Position numbers and translations under genes: made by a program
Source of the DNA: Antedon mediterranea
Taxonomy: Eukaryota; Animalia; Echinodermata
Length of the DNA: 64,000 nucleotides
Direction of reading: 5' to 3'
NCBI RefSeq assembly: GCF_964355755.1
Contig: NC_092672.1
Coordinates: forward strand, 11,408,001 to 11,472,000
Notes under the pieces: model-generated
What the model was told of the DNA's origin: nothing
What the model saw: the letters and a program-made list of their open reading frames with translations, nothing else
The model's database searches: none
Part shown: piece by piece, positions 52,616 to 64,000 of the stretch
How positions within the stretch are numbered: the stretch's first letter is position 1
Layout: every line of letters starts with the position of its first letter

Positions 52616-54810
52616 ATATACAATGTATTTGTAAGGTAACCATAAAAATGTCATCTATTTTGTTTAAAGGCGTTTCTTTAGTGTCTATATGTAGGCAAGA
52701 TGAACTAGGTCAGTTTTGTATCACTATGAGGGTTGCCTGCAGATATCAGTGGAATAGACTAATGAACATTGATTATTTTGAGACTGGACATTACCTTATT
52801 AGTCATTTATATTGTTACTTCAATGAATTAGGAGAAAAAACAAACACCAAGTATTGTGTTAATAGTGATTTTCTGTCATGGTGTAGGATGCTGTCAATAT
52901 GTTCCACAGTAATACATTTGTTTTGATAATCTAAGTTCTGGTTTGTCAGTTTCAATCTGACCATTTTTGGGCAGGACACATGCATTTATTACTTTACTTA
53001 AATTAATCTCTTCCTATCACATAAATTAATTTTGAATGAGATCCCACAAGCAGAATCATTAAAATATATCTAGTATAGCAATTTTTCAGATGACTGCTCG
53101 GACTTAAAGGATTCCTGATCCCTTTCCCCAAATCAAAAGTTATAGCAACTTTTCCTCAAAACCACACTACTTTCGTGGCTATTATGTGTTGTATAAGATC
53201 CAGTCTATTGATTCTTAAAGTTTTTTCTTCAGATTTTAATGATTAAGAGGGCGTGGTTGCCTGTTTTTCAACCACCCCTTTCTCCATACTTAAACCACTG
53301 CTCTTAACGGCATCAGAATGATTGATTCTTTATTGCCATGTTTGTGAAATTGTTTTCCTGCCAGCAGTTTTTATTGATTGAAGTTCTGTATGTGAGTTGT
53401 CCATGCTGTTGTCCTCTTGTAATCCAATAATTAAAGTGTAATGAACCCATTTTTAAAGCTTTAACAAAAACCTAAAAATATGTAAGCTATCTTACAAAAT
53501 TGTATTTTTTCTTATGGATACCTTGTATTGCAGGGCCGTATCCACCAGTATGGTTGGTAAGATTTTAACTTACCACTTGTTCACAGACACCTTTGACAAA
53601 CCAGTGCCTTGAATAAACCGACCACTTTATTTCTTGTAGTTGCATAAGTGTATTGCTTTTATTTTCATTCTTTCTATCTAGGTCTGCAAAACTACAGAAA
53701 TAACATTTATATTTACTACAAATGTCAAATCTTAAAAAAACATACATTTATGAATTATTAATAAAAGATATTGGAAGAAAAAATATCGAAAATTGTTCAC
53801 ATTTGCCTTTTGATAACAGTGTCAAGTCATATTCTGATTTACCTTTGTCTAATAGAAGAAGTTTTAGGCTGATCTATCTATCTTGTAACTTTCCCTTTAA
53901 AATTCTGTCAAAGCTAATTAAACTGGAGTTTCCATAGAAGCCTTTATAAAAATGTCCAGTCCGTAAATATAATATAGGATATCAAATTTTTACATTGACA
54001 TATTTATTGCTTGTTTTATTTTTATCTTCACTGAGATCCCCAGCCACTAACTGATACCCACAGCATTGTCTTTTTCCATCACATTTGGGCCTAATAAATT
54101 CCATCCTCTAGTGTTTGTTTCTTACCCCAACAGTTATACTTGGTCATACTGTAATATTAATTCAAAGCTGAAAGTATCCTATCATGGTCTATTTGAAAGA
54201 AATAAATAATATCTTATTAAAAAAAGAATTTAATAAAAAATATATTAAACTAATTGTATTACAAATTACTTTTTATATTACATAATTGAGCAGTTATATT
54301 AATTGAATTTTTTTAAATGAAACATGGAGGTAATAGTTAAGAAGTTAGTTAAGGAATGTTTTCACCTCATACGTCATGTATTAACAAACAATAGCTCGGG
54401 GCATGAACGTGTCAAAAAGAATGATGTACGCAGTTTTGCGACATGTTTTGGATTATTATTGATTTTAAGAAAATTGTTGCTCATTTTCACCGTAACAGAT
54501 TATTTCTCTACTTGATGCATAGAATTTTCATTTTAGTATAAATTTTGGTTTTTTAGTGCATTAATTTTTTTGGAAAGACGATGTTTTTAAAAATATTTTG
54601 ATAGATAGAAATATTGTTTGAAAGTTGTATTGTTTTAAATTAGTATATTCATTAACATTTTCTGCTGTGAATAATATTTGAATTTTGTATCTTTATAATT
54701 TGTTTGTGTATTAAAACAAATTTTAATGAAACATAGAAAATATATTGTTTCAAATTAGTATATTCTTTACAACATCCCAATAATAGTATTTGTATTTTGT
54801 ATCATTACAG

Positions 54811-54966
54811 TTTGTCAAGTTGGGACATACAAGGCTGGTGTGAACACTGATTCCTGCCGCCCATGTCCAGCTAAGAGTCATGCTGACTCAAAAGGAATGC
54901 CTGAGTGTACCTGTATTCCAAACTTCTACAGGGCCCCAAATGACAAACCATCAGACAGATGTACAG
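54811..54966 (+). CDS. Eph: Internal coding exon of an Eph receptor tyrosine kinase (Cys-rich EGF/TNFR-like segment)
   Basis: Acceptor TATCATTACAG| and donor |GTACGA. 156 bp, phase 1-1. Translates (x)CQVGTYKAGVNTDSCRPCPAKSHADSKGMPECTCIPNFYRAPNDKPSDRCT, matching the Eph pattern C..G.YK......C..CP..S........C.C...FYRA..D.....CT that precedes the first FN3 repeat. Confidence 0.93.
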
Positions 54967-57535
54967 GTACGATTATCATTTTATTTATTATAAATCATAG
55001 ACTTTGTTGTTGGTGGTGGTTGGGTGGAGAAGTGCAAAATGGTATACAAAATGAATGTTTTGTTTTTTTCCCGCTTAATAGGGGGTATATTTCTTTTGTT
55101 GAAAAATTAACATAAACTTGTATTTAATTTGTTTGCTACATCATGAAATCAGGTCAAAGGGCAGCACTTTGAGTAGAACCATTTAAGAAGACTAAAAGTG
55201 AGGTTTTGTTTTGAACATAACAGACACCTGGCTTTGGAAACAAAATTCTCAAAATATTTATAAAAAGCTAAGTTTGCAATAGAACCATTAAGTGGAGCTT
55301 CTGCCATACAATATAGAACTATAATACTGATTGTGTGTTGTATGAAATGAATAGACACATGGCAAGAATAGAATCAGGTGTGTTACACTGTATTAAAGAA
55401 TTATAACTTTAAAGTCATAATATACATAATTTGTGACAGCATTTGTATTAACTTTTATTGACTGATAAGATGAACATAGTCAAGAAAACTGACTGCTTGA
55501 ATCAATATTTACTTATTTGTTTGTTTACTGATTTGTTACTTTACTGATTTACTGTTTTACAGTATTATTGATTTTAAATAAATATACTGTAAAATATAAA
55601 TGATTTAAAAAATACAAAATATTAGTATGTATTTTATTTACTGCAGAGTGTTAAAATTAATTGATTTATTTTTAAATATCAATGTAACCATTCCTTGCAA
55701 CTATAACTCCAATAATTTAATCATTGGTGAAATTTACAATCAATTTTTCGTGTTTATATTTTATGACCGAAATGGAATAGAATGAATTACTATAATTAAT
55801 AAATTCAATAAGAATTTGAACTAACCTGAATTAGAATTGCATCAGATAGATGTGTTGTTAAAATAATTTATAGTAAACCTGTAAATTGAACCACAACCTC
55901 TTAAAATGTCTGCTTATTAAAGTATCCCTGATTGATTCATTATATAGGAATAAATTATGACATCAAAATGATGTGTTGTAATATGTAGTACTAGATTCTG
56001 ACGAAGGCATATATATTTTCCACTCCAATCAATAGTTGTTGAAATATTTGTAAAAAACCCTGCTACTATACAATCTTGACAAATCTAAGTGAACATTACA
56101 AATCCATGATTGAAGGATTTGCGACTTCATTCAAACGTACATATCACAGATTGGCTTGTAGAACCTCAGGGTTATCAGGCCGCTCTCTTGCACTCTTTCG
56201 TATCATTCATTACTCGTGCATCACTCGATGTTTACCAATTCGCTTATAAAAACTTTAAGATTTATACAATTATTTCTACTAGTCTTGATTTACCATAAAA
56301 AAACATATTGGCTGTTCATTATCTTATATCACTTCTATTTAGTTTATAAATAACCTAAATTAACTTCTGCAGCAGTATGTAATTAACTCTGTTGATATTT
56401 CTAGCAGTGCAGATGAACTCGGACAAAGTGTTTTTATAAGATTCTATTGAAGTTTACTGTATTTCGCGTCTTCCTGAAACAACAGGTAGTAGATCGAAGT
56501 CACTGATGCAAACAGCCACTTTTGTTTATATAATTATGGAAAAATATGGTTTGTTTTCAAATTTTTACAAAACTAAATTAACTAATTAACTGTAGCCAAG
56601 TAAGAAAATAATTTTTACTATCACTGCAGACTATTCTATTTTACATATTATATACAAATATATAATTTTCATATAATAGTGTTGATAAATGTGACCACCT
56701 TCAAAGTCAAAAGTGAAGGTACTTGGAAGTTTTATAATACCATAATACAATTGATTGAATAAAGTTCACATATACTTAGTACAGTTCTACATATCAGTTT
56801 GTTGCAGTTCTGCTAATGATAGATTATTAATTGCAAAATAAAAATAACTTGTATGTTTAAAAATATATCCAAATTATATCACTTGAACATGTGACAAGTG
56901 TTGTCAGCACATCTGTACATATTGATACCAATTTACACCAATTTACACCTGTCATCCCCTCAACACTTTAAACATTGCAATACAAGTTGTAGAAAGTTTA
57001 CAACCTGCTTTCAGGCATCTCGTTCGAAGTGTTACGACAGGTCACAAAGGTCAACAAAAACCGTTGATGGATTTCTTGCACACTGCAACCTGAAGCAAGG
57101 ATAAACTAGCGGTTTTTAAAACTTGTACAGTTTGCTTGATCATTTTAGTTATTATTAAATGCACTTTGTCATATTCATTTTATAGCTTTTAAACATTAAA
57201 GTAGGCTGATTAAGATCAAATGTGAAACTTTGATCTACAGAGTGATTTTAAAATATAAAAGAAATCAAGATTTATATAATAAATCAATTAATGATAATAA
57301 ACAAATTTAATCATAATTATTAGTGTTAATAATTAATAATATTATTGAAATAAAAAGTATACATATAGTAATATTAATTGATTCTAAAAAAATTATACTT
57401 TATGCTACTCTATCCATTAGATAATGATAGTGTAGTGTCTATTAAACCCCTTCTTCTTGATAAATTTTATCACGTTAATGAATGTAAAAATGTAATTCTT
57501 TAAATTTTTTTGACTGATAGCCTTTCTCATTTTAA

Positions 57536-59127
57536 AGGGGGATTCTGGGTTTAAAATTGCTTTTAAATATCGTTTATTTATTAAATAAAAAATATTATAA
57601 CAATATAGACATGTCAGAATGAAGAAGTAATAACGAGAAATTAAAAAAATTAAATTTCATATACATTTTAGGGTAAATTCATGGAAAGTCTGTTTTTCAG
57701 CAGCTTAGGGAAGCTCATTAATATTCATGAGATATTCACAAAATCACGTCACCAGTGGATTCCAAACTCGCGACGTCATGTACGTTGTGTTTGTCAACTA
57801 ATTTACATCTCTCTCCCCTGTCAAACGACGACCACCCGATCATTGTGAAATACATTTTTTGATTTTAGATTTTCTAAGCTAGGCCTAAAGTGTAATAATA
57901 ACAGTAGTAGCATATATTTATTTGACATTTAATGAAATACAAAATTTAGTACAGATACGGAGTCATAAATTATACTATTTTTATACCTCTATAGTACAGA
58001 TCGTATTATCGGCTTCACGTACAATACTACTCTAGGCCTAGCCTAATAATAATAATATGGGAGAGCCATTCTGACTAGGGATTCCATGCCACGATGGCTA
58101 CGTTAAAACAATGGGGCCCATGGGCCTAGCTAGCCTACTACTAGACGATTGGCCCATAAATAACAAAACCCATCCTAATCCTATCAACCAAACTCCTAAA
58201 CAATCTAAACCTAAAACGTTCTACAAAATCGGCTGTAAATATTGAAGCAAAACAAGGTCCGATCGTCGTCCACACGTATTATGGTGTCCCGATCGTCTAA
58301 GTAGGCCTAAAATAAAATAGGCTTAGGCCTAGTTTACTCTCCAAAAAAGCGGATACTCATGCATCAAGCAAGTAGACCAGGTAGTAGGAAGGAGACCTAG
58401 CCGATCCGGCCCAGTTAAAAATTGAGCTAGCTAGTGTAGTAGACCCTATGCGAATTGATACTACCAGGCCTTTTACTATAGGCTGCACTACACAAATATT
58501 CAAACTCTCTCATTCGAGCTATATTATCTATACCATTCCGGTAGGTCAAGTCGACCTTCAATCAAATACTGTACATCGTTCATGTTGTGATTATAGACGG
58601 GTATACTCGACCCGACCAGTTTGTTATTGTTGTATCTGCTTATCACGTGACGATGCCAGGCATGGGCAGCAGAGAGAGCACGTGTATCGTCGTCTCGCTC
58701 GATCCTCAGCAGGAATGTACAGTATACGTTACGCTTCATTGATTTTGATTTTTCCCTAAGTCGGTGCGAAAATCGGCAAACGTAAAGTGCAAACATATCT
58801 AATTTTTCACTGTTTTGATGAATTTTCATAAAAAATTGACTTTATAAATGGGAAGACCGACTAAAATTACATCAGATAAGTATAATTTTACAAAAGTAAT
58901 TGATATGGTTTATGATAACGAGTCGTCGGAAGATGGACCATTTCACGAATTTCCTATTTTGTAACCACAGTGTGATTTTGCCGTAGCTGCACTTGTAATC
59001 TGGCCTGATTTCACAGCCTTCGTTCTGCTTCACTGGGCGCTTATATAAATTGAAACTTTTACCGTTCAAGAGACAAACAAATATATTTTACATTTTTTAC
59101 TATTCATTTTAAACCCGGAACCCCCCT
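57536..59127. mobile_element. Non-autonomous Kolobok-like element, 1.6 kb
   Basis: TTAA on both flanks (57532-57535, 59128-59131). TIR AGGGGGATTCTGGGTTTAAAA / TTTTAAACCCGGAACCCCCCT. The AG start (not CC) favours Kolobok over piggyBac. CpG-rich interior. Confidence 0.8.
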
Positions 59128-59203
59128 TTAAAGGTATTTAGATTAAAAATGATAAAATATTTATATAAATTTGACCCTTATGTTTTTAGGTGTATATTTC
59201 ATT

Positions 59204-59696
59204 AGGGAGGTTTTGCAACCTTACGAATACGATAACGAAAACGGATACGTCATACATTTGTGAAACTTTTAGCTGATCCCCATTTCATATTCGTAAAGCG
59301 TATTCGTGTTTACGAATATCACCAGTCATATTCGTAACTACAAAACGAGTATAGTTTTTGATCTATTTGCACATTTTGCATTTGAATGAGGAATGATTCA
59401 TGATTATACTATAATTATAGATTTATTGAAAGTAATTTACTAAAATGCCAAGTCAATTTTGATAAATAGCAGTTTTTAAAGTCCTCCCTCGCTTTGATGT
59501 TACGCTAGGCCTAGGCAGCCAAGCACCAAGCAACACGTACCTGCGCTTGGCTCAAATTTACCGCAGTCATATTTTGGACGCGCCTCAATATTTCGTTGCC
59601 ATGCGAAACAGATTTTTTTATGGCTTACGAAAACGAATACGTGTGTGTGACGTATCCGTTTTCGTTATCGTATTCGTAAGATTGCAAAACGTCTCT
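59204..59696 (+). mobile_element. ~500-bp MITE family B copy 2
   Basis: Same TIR and interior as 51309-51810. ATT on both flanks. Confidence 0.9.
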
Positions 59697-60403
59697 ATTA
59701 TCAGCTTGCCGTTAGTTGTAAGAATAAAGATAAAGAATAAAAAAATGTATGTTTAGTTTAAAGAACTTTAAGCAATTAAAACAATAAACATAATTTTTTT
59801 AAATGAAATAATGTCAGGCACCATGTAATGAATTTATAGATTCTGCTTTTACGATTTATATAAAGGCTTTAACACTACAGTATGACTATTCTAATATAGA
59901 TAAAAAAAGTAAATTATTTAGATGCCATGTTCCACCCTTATAATCTTGATTTAATATGATTGTATGTGGCTATAATCCTTAGTATCACTAGGTAATTCAA
60001 CTCTTACAGGATATTGTGAACATCGCCCTATAGAGCTGTTCAATTTGTCACTTACTACAAATGCCCACAGGACTGTGATAGCAAAAGCATTACATTTAAT
60101 TGTATTTAGGTAAAAACATTTAACTTAAAGAGGTTTGAAATCAAATGGATCAGTAGTACAAAATTAGTAAAAGTAAAATTAGTACAAAATATGTTTAATA
60201 TTGTTGTTATTACTCTGCATTTTGTTTGCTGGACCGTTTTGGAAGGGTGGAATGTTCAGAGCCTTTTTACGGTAGTTCATGTTCTTGTTCCCAAATGCTT
60301 TTAGGGATTTAACTCAAATTAAATACACTTATAGCAATTTTTTTAATTGACACTCCAATCAGACCATGAATCTTATTCAAACGTTAGGGTTTAATTTTAT
60401 AAT

Positions 60404-60911
60404 AGGGAGGTTTCGCAACCTTACAAATACGATAACGAAAACGGATACGTCATACATTTGTGAAACGTTTGAGCTGATCCCAATTTCATATTCGTAAAGC
60501 GTATTCGTGTTGACGAATATCACCAGTCATATTCGTAACTACAAAACGAGTATAGTTTTTGATCTATTTTGCACATTTTGCTTTTGAATCAGGAATGATT
60601 CATGATTATAATATAATTATAGATTTATTGAAAGTAATTTACTAAAGTAATTTACTGAAATGCCAAGTCAATTTTGATAAATAACAGTTTTTAAAGTCTT
60701 CACTCACATTGATGTTACGCTAGGCCTAGGCAGCCAAGCACCAAGCAACACGTACCTGCGCTTCGCTCAAATTTACCGCAGTCATATTTTGGATGCGCCT
60801 CAATATTTCGTTGCCATGCGAAACAGATTTTTTTATGGCTTACGAAAATGAATACGTGTGCGTGACGTATCCGTTTTCGTTATCGTATTCGTAAGATTGC
60901 GAAACCTCCCT
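60404..60911 (+). mobile_element. ~500-bp MITE family B copy 3
   Basis: Near-perfect long TIR. AAT on both flanks. Confidence 0.92.
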
Positions 60912-61094
60912 AATAAAGGTTTTTATACAGTTATAGTTCATAAATGGTTTTAAAAGCATTTAAAAAAAAAGTAATAGAACGTTGCACAGACTCATATACT
61001 CTGGTGTCAGGGAAGGAGAATGTTTAGAGGACAGAACATTGTATATTTGAGAATACCCACCTCTCCAAAATAAAAACCAATTTTATTCTTTTAC

Positions 61095-62930
61095 ATTCAA
61101 ATTCAAATTCAAATTCAAATTCAAATATTCTTTATTCATCCTCTATCATGAAAATATACAACAACAATATATGAGAACATAAAAAAGATGAAAAGGAAAC
61201 ACATAAAAACTCAAAAGAGCTTGATTAGTTGTGTCCCCCTATGTCCCTAACTAGCCTAAAAAACTAAAACATAAATAATAAAAAAGCTAAATCCTGCAAC
61301 AAGTATAATTTTTTAAATTATTTGTAAAATGATAATAAATGTTCTTTAAACAATGATTTAAATATATATATTGATTTGGTACTTTGTAGTTCGTAATTCA
61401 AGTCATTCCACAATTTGGGTCCCACACATGACACAGTAAAACTAGTAGAAGTACGATTACGTTTTCTGAGTCTCATTTTGTCTTTAGATCTTGTATTATA
61501 ATTATGGTAAGAACCATTTTTAATAAAGAGCGATGAAAAACGCACGTCCTGATTAGTAGTAACATTATACATGAAAAGCCCAATTTGGTACTTATTGATA
61601 TCCGCAATTTTAAGAAGTTTAAATTTATAGAAACATTCAGTCATTGAATCATTAAACTTTGACCATGTTATAGCTCGTAATGCCCTTTTCTGGAGTTTAA
61701 ATAACTCATCTAAATAACTTGGAAATGTGCTACACCATATTATGTTGCAATAATTTAATACTGGTTCAATGAGTGATTTGTATATTGTCCAGAGAGCATA
61801 GGTTGGTAAAAAATGTCTTACTTTATATAGTATGCCTACATATCGAGATATTTTCCTAGCTGTAACATTGATGTGGTTCTTATATGTGAGAAATTCATCA
61901 ATATGTACTCCAAGGAATTTAGTCGATTTAACTCTATCTATTCTTTTATTGTTGACATAAATATTTACATTCTCTAAATTACTTGGATTTCGCTGATTGC
62001 GGAAAATTATGTAATTAGTTTTTTTAACGTTGATTGATAGTTTATTGCACATGAACCAATCCGAAACATTTTTTAGTTCACCATTAACTAGTTCTATGAG
62101 CGTATCCAAGTTTTCGTGAGATGCAGATATGTTTGTGTCGTCAGCAAATAAAACAAAAGATAACGAGTTTGAGCAATTAAATACATCGTTAATGTACAAA
62201 ATAAAAAGTAGAGGCCCCAGAATTGAACCCTGTGGTACACCGCAATTTATATCCATCAAACACGAACTTGTGTTATCAATAGACGTAAATTGTTTCCTTC
62301 CACTAATATAGTTTCTAAACCATTTAAGGGCCGTGCCTCTTATGCCATAGTGTTCCAATTTTTTAAGAAGTATATCATGGTTGATGGTGTCAAACGCTTT
62401 TGACAAATCAATAAATATTCCGATGGTATTTTTTTTCTTATCAAGCGCATCGGTTATTCGTTCAACCAGATCTATAACGGCCATAAAAGTAGAACTGTTT
62501 TTTCTGAAACCATATTGTGCATTATTAAGGATGTTAAACTTTGTGATATAATTATTTACTCTAATTTGAACAATTTTTTCAAGAATTTTTGAAGCGGTAG
62601 GCAGAATAGAGATCGGCCTATAATTACTGACGTCACTTTTATTGCCAGATTTAAAAATTGGAACTACTCTAGCTACTTTCATACTATCAGGGACCATGCC
62701 TGTCTCAAGAGAGAGGTTAAAGATATGTACAAGAGGAGATGCCACAGCAGCAATAATATGTTTTAGAATGCGATTACTTAAGTTATCAACACCTTCTGAA
62801 TTTGAATTTTTGATTTGACTAACTATTTCAATGACCTCTTCTTCATTCGTAGGATTGAAAAATATGGATTGGGATTGACTCTCTTTCATATATTGTTTAA
62901 AGTCAGAATTGTTTACATTGAGTATAGATC
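61095..62930 (-). mobile_element. 5'-truncated L2/Crack-like non-LTR retrotransposon
   Basis: RT ORF followed by a ~220-bp 3' UTR with a stem-loop (61195-61240), AATAAA and a (TTTGAA)n tail (plus-strand ATTCAA repeats 61095-61126). No endonuclease domain upstream. Confidence 0.92.
61318..62889 (-). CDS. Reverse transcriptase, C-terminal part of LINE ORF2 (523 aa open, N-terminally truncated)
   Basis: Motifs NYRPISILP, QYGFR, FIDLSKAFDTINH, GVPQGSILGPLLF, LFADDT, KFLGV, HNYNTR, GPKLWN. Confidence 0.95.
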   Translation of the reverse strand: MKESQSQSIFFNPTNEEEVIEIVSQIKNSNSEGVDNLSNRILKHIIAAVASPLVHIFNLSLETGMVPDSMKVARVVPIFKSGNKSDVSNYRPISILPTASKILEKIVQIRVNNYITKFNILNNAQYGFRKNSSTFMAVIDLVERITDALDKKKNTIGIFIDLSKAFDTINHDILLKKLEHYGIRGTALKWFRNYISGRKQFTSIDNTSSCLMDINCGVPQGSILGPLLFILYINDVFNCSNSLSFVLFADDTNISASHENLDTLIELVNGELKNVSDWFMCNKLSINVKKTNYIIFRNQRNPSNLENVNIYVNNKRIDRVKSTKFLGVHIDEFLTYKNHINVTARKISRYVGILYKVRHFLPTYALWTIYKSLIEPVLNYCNIIWCSTFPSYLDELFKLQKRALRAITWSKFNDSMTECFYKFKLLKIADINKYQIGLFMYNVTTNQDVRFSSLFIKNGSYHNYNTRSKDKMRLRKRNRTSTSFTVSCVGPKLWNDLNYELQSTKSIYIFKSLFKEHLLSFYK

Positions 62931-63867
62931 TGTATTGTGAAATGGGTTAAGGGTTGAAAATGTTCAAAGATGATTTAAAACTAGTTCAGCATTAAACCTT
63001 TTCCATTTAAAAATGTTTACATTTCTTCCCATGAAACTCATACTATTTGATTTCACGCTATTTATTATTCTTGGGCAGGCGTAAATGAAAACGAAGAAGG
63101 CTCACGATCATTAATGACCGTTTAAAAACACATCAAAACTGCATTCTAATATCTTCTAATTAGGATATATGTCTCTTTGATTAAAATTCATCAACATTGA
63201 CAAACTTCGCAAATTTATTAATGTGCAAGAATGAGAACGGATGGACTCGACGAAAGCTGAGCTGCATTTATGACGCGCAATTAAAGCTTTTGGAGTCAAA
63301 TTTATAAGCAAATTGTTTTCTTGCGTGTTTTTTTCAGACACAGGCATATTTTCTATCGTTTATTAATTGTTCAGCTATGGCATACTTGAAATATTTCTGT
63401 ATTATTTTACATATTAATGATAGTAATTAATTATAAGTTCGTTAATTTAATTAAACAAATGATTCTTGATATGACTTGGGCACCAGTATTGATATGTTGT
63501 GATGCCAAATTGATTATAATATACAATACATTTTTTTTAGAAATTTGTTTAAAATGAACACGATGTCCTACAAAAAAGGTTTAGTTAAGAGCATTCAAAA
63601 TAAACTTTTAAAAAAAAGTCTATCAAGATATGATTGATACAAGTATTATTTTATTCTATATTTATCGGCCTACCATGAACTTATAAATTTAAGCTAGAGA
63701 TAGAGAAAGTGTTGAATTTGAGGGCATTTTTAGTTAGAAATAAAATTAATGTAACTTTGTTTTGAAGATGATCAGATCTTTGGCACTTGTGATTAGTCTA
63801 CTACTTGTGTTATACAAATGTTCATGTTTTATCTGTTAGGAACCATGACTTCAAAGGTTGTACATTT

Positions 63868-63981
63868 AATAACTGGCCTTACCACGTTTAAACACCGGTT
63901 CTCGTCAGATCATCAAAGTTAAGCACTGTGGGCTCAGTTAGAGTTTGGATGAGAAACCATCTGGGAATACCGGGTGCTGTA
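63868..63981 (+). pseudogene. 5S rRNA-derived sequence (pseudogene or SINE3 head)
   Basis: CCTTACCACG..AACACCGGTTCTCGTCAGATCATCAAAGTTAAGCA..GTTAG..TTGGATG..CTGGGAATACCGGGTGCTGTA is collinear with animal 5S rRNA but has many substitutions. No oligo-T terminator follows. Confidence 0.85.
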
Positions 63982-64000
63982 TATGGAGCTGGGGTCCCAT

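Noticed and set aside
54840-55115. 91-aa ORF as a standalone gene
   Set aside because: Only 54811-54966 is Eph-like. The rest is read-through past the GT donor into intron.
56898-57104. Possible next Eph exon after TTTCAG at ~57014
   Set aside because: The translation lacks FN3 features (no PSAP-like start or conserved W/Y), so it is unsupported.
58448-58829. Overlapping ~100-aa ORFs inside the Kolobok-like element
   Set aside because: No recognisable THAP, DDE or other motif. Expected by chance in higher-GC sequence.
61318-62889. RT as a retron, DGR or group II intron system
   Set aside because: Its motifs, 3' UTR and tandem tail are those of an ordinary eukaryotic non-LTR retrotransposon.
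10258-62930. All four clear LINE pieces are antisense to Eph
   Set aside because: The sample is too small, and a possible sense-strand LINE-like tail (CAAGCCCATGGGCTTG hairpin plus AATAAA) lies at ~24350-24415.

Overview
This is AT-rich animal (invertebrate-like) genomic DNA, not prokaryotic. Most ORF-track entries are spurious. The only host coding exon I can support is a 156-bp phase-1/1 exon at 54811-54966 (+) encoding the Cys-rich/EGF-like segment of an Eph receptor tyrosine kinase, so the window is probably almost all intron of that gene. The introns hold many mobile elements. These are a 6.9-kb decayed animal-type EnSpm/CACTA element with large subterminal arrays and two divergent pseudogenes, a young 5'-truncated L2/Crack-like LINE with an open RT frame, three LINE 3' fragments, two tRNA-derived SINE families, a 5S-derived sequence, and non-autonomous TIR elements (pogo/Tc1-like, PIF/Harbinger-like, AWT-target, Kolobok-like, MULE/foldback-like). 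The most unusual signal is that TA-GGCC-TA / TA-GGC-TA micro-insertions arose independently at TA sites in sister copies of one MITE, and the same motif clusters inside unrelated transposon families. I found no CRISPR, operon or clearly new protein system. Family assignments rest on termini, target duplications and remembered motifs, not on database searches.
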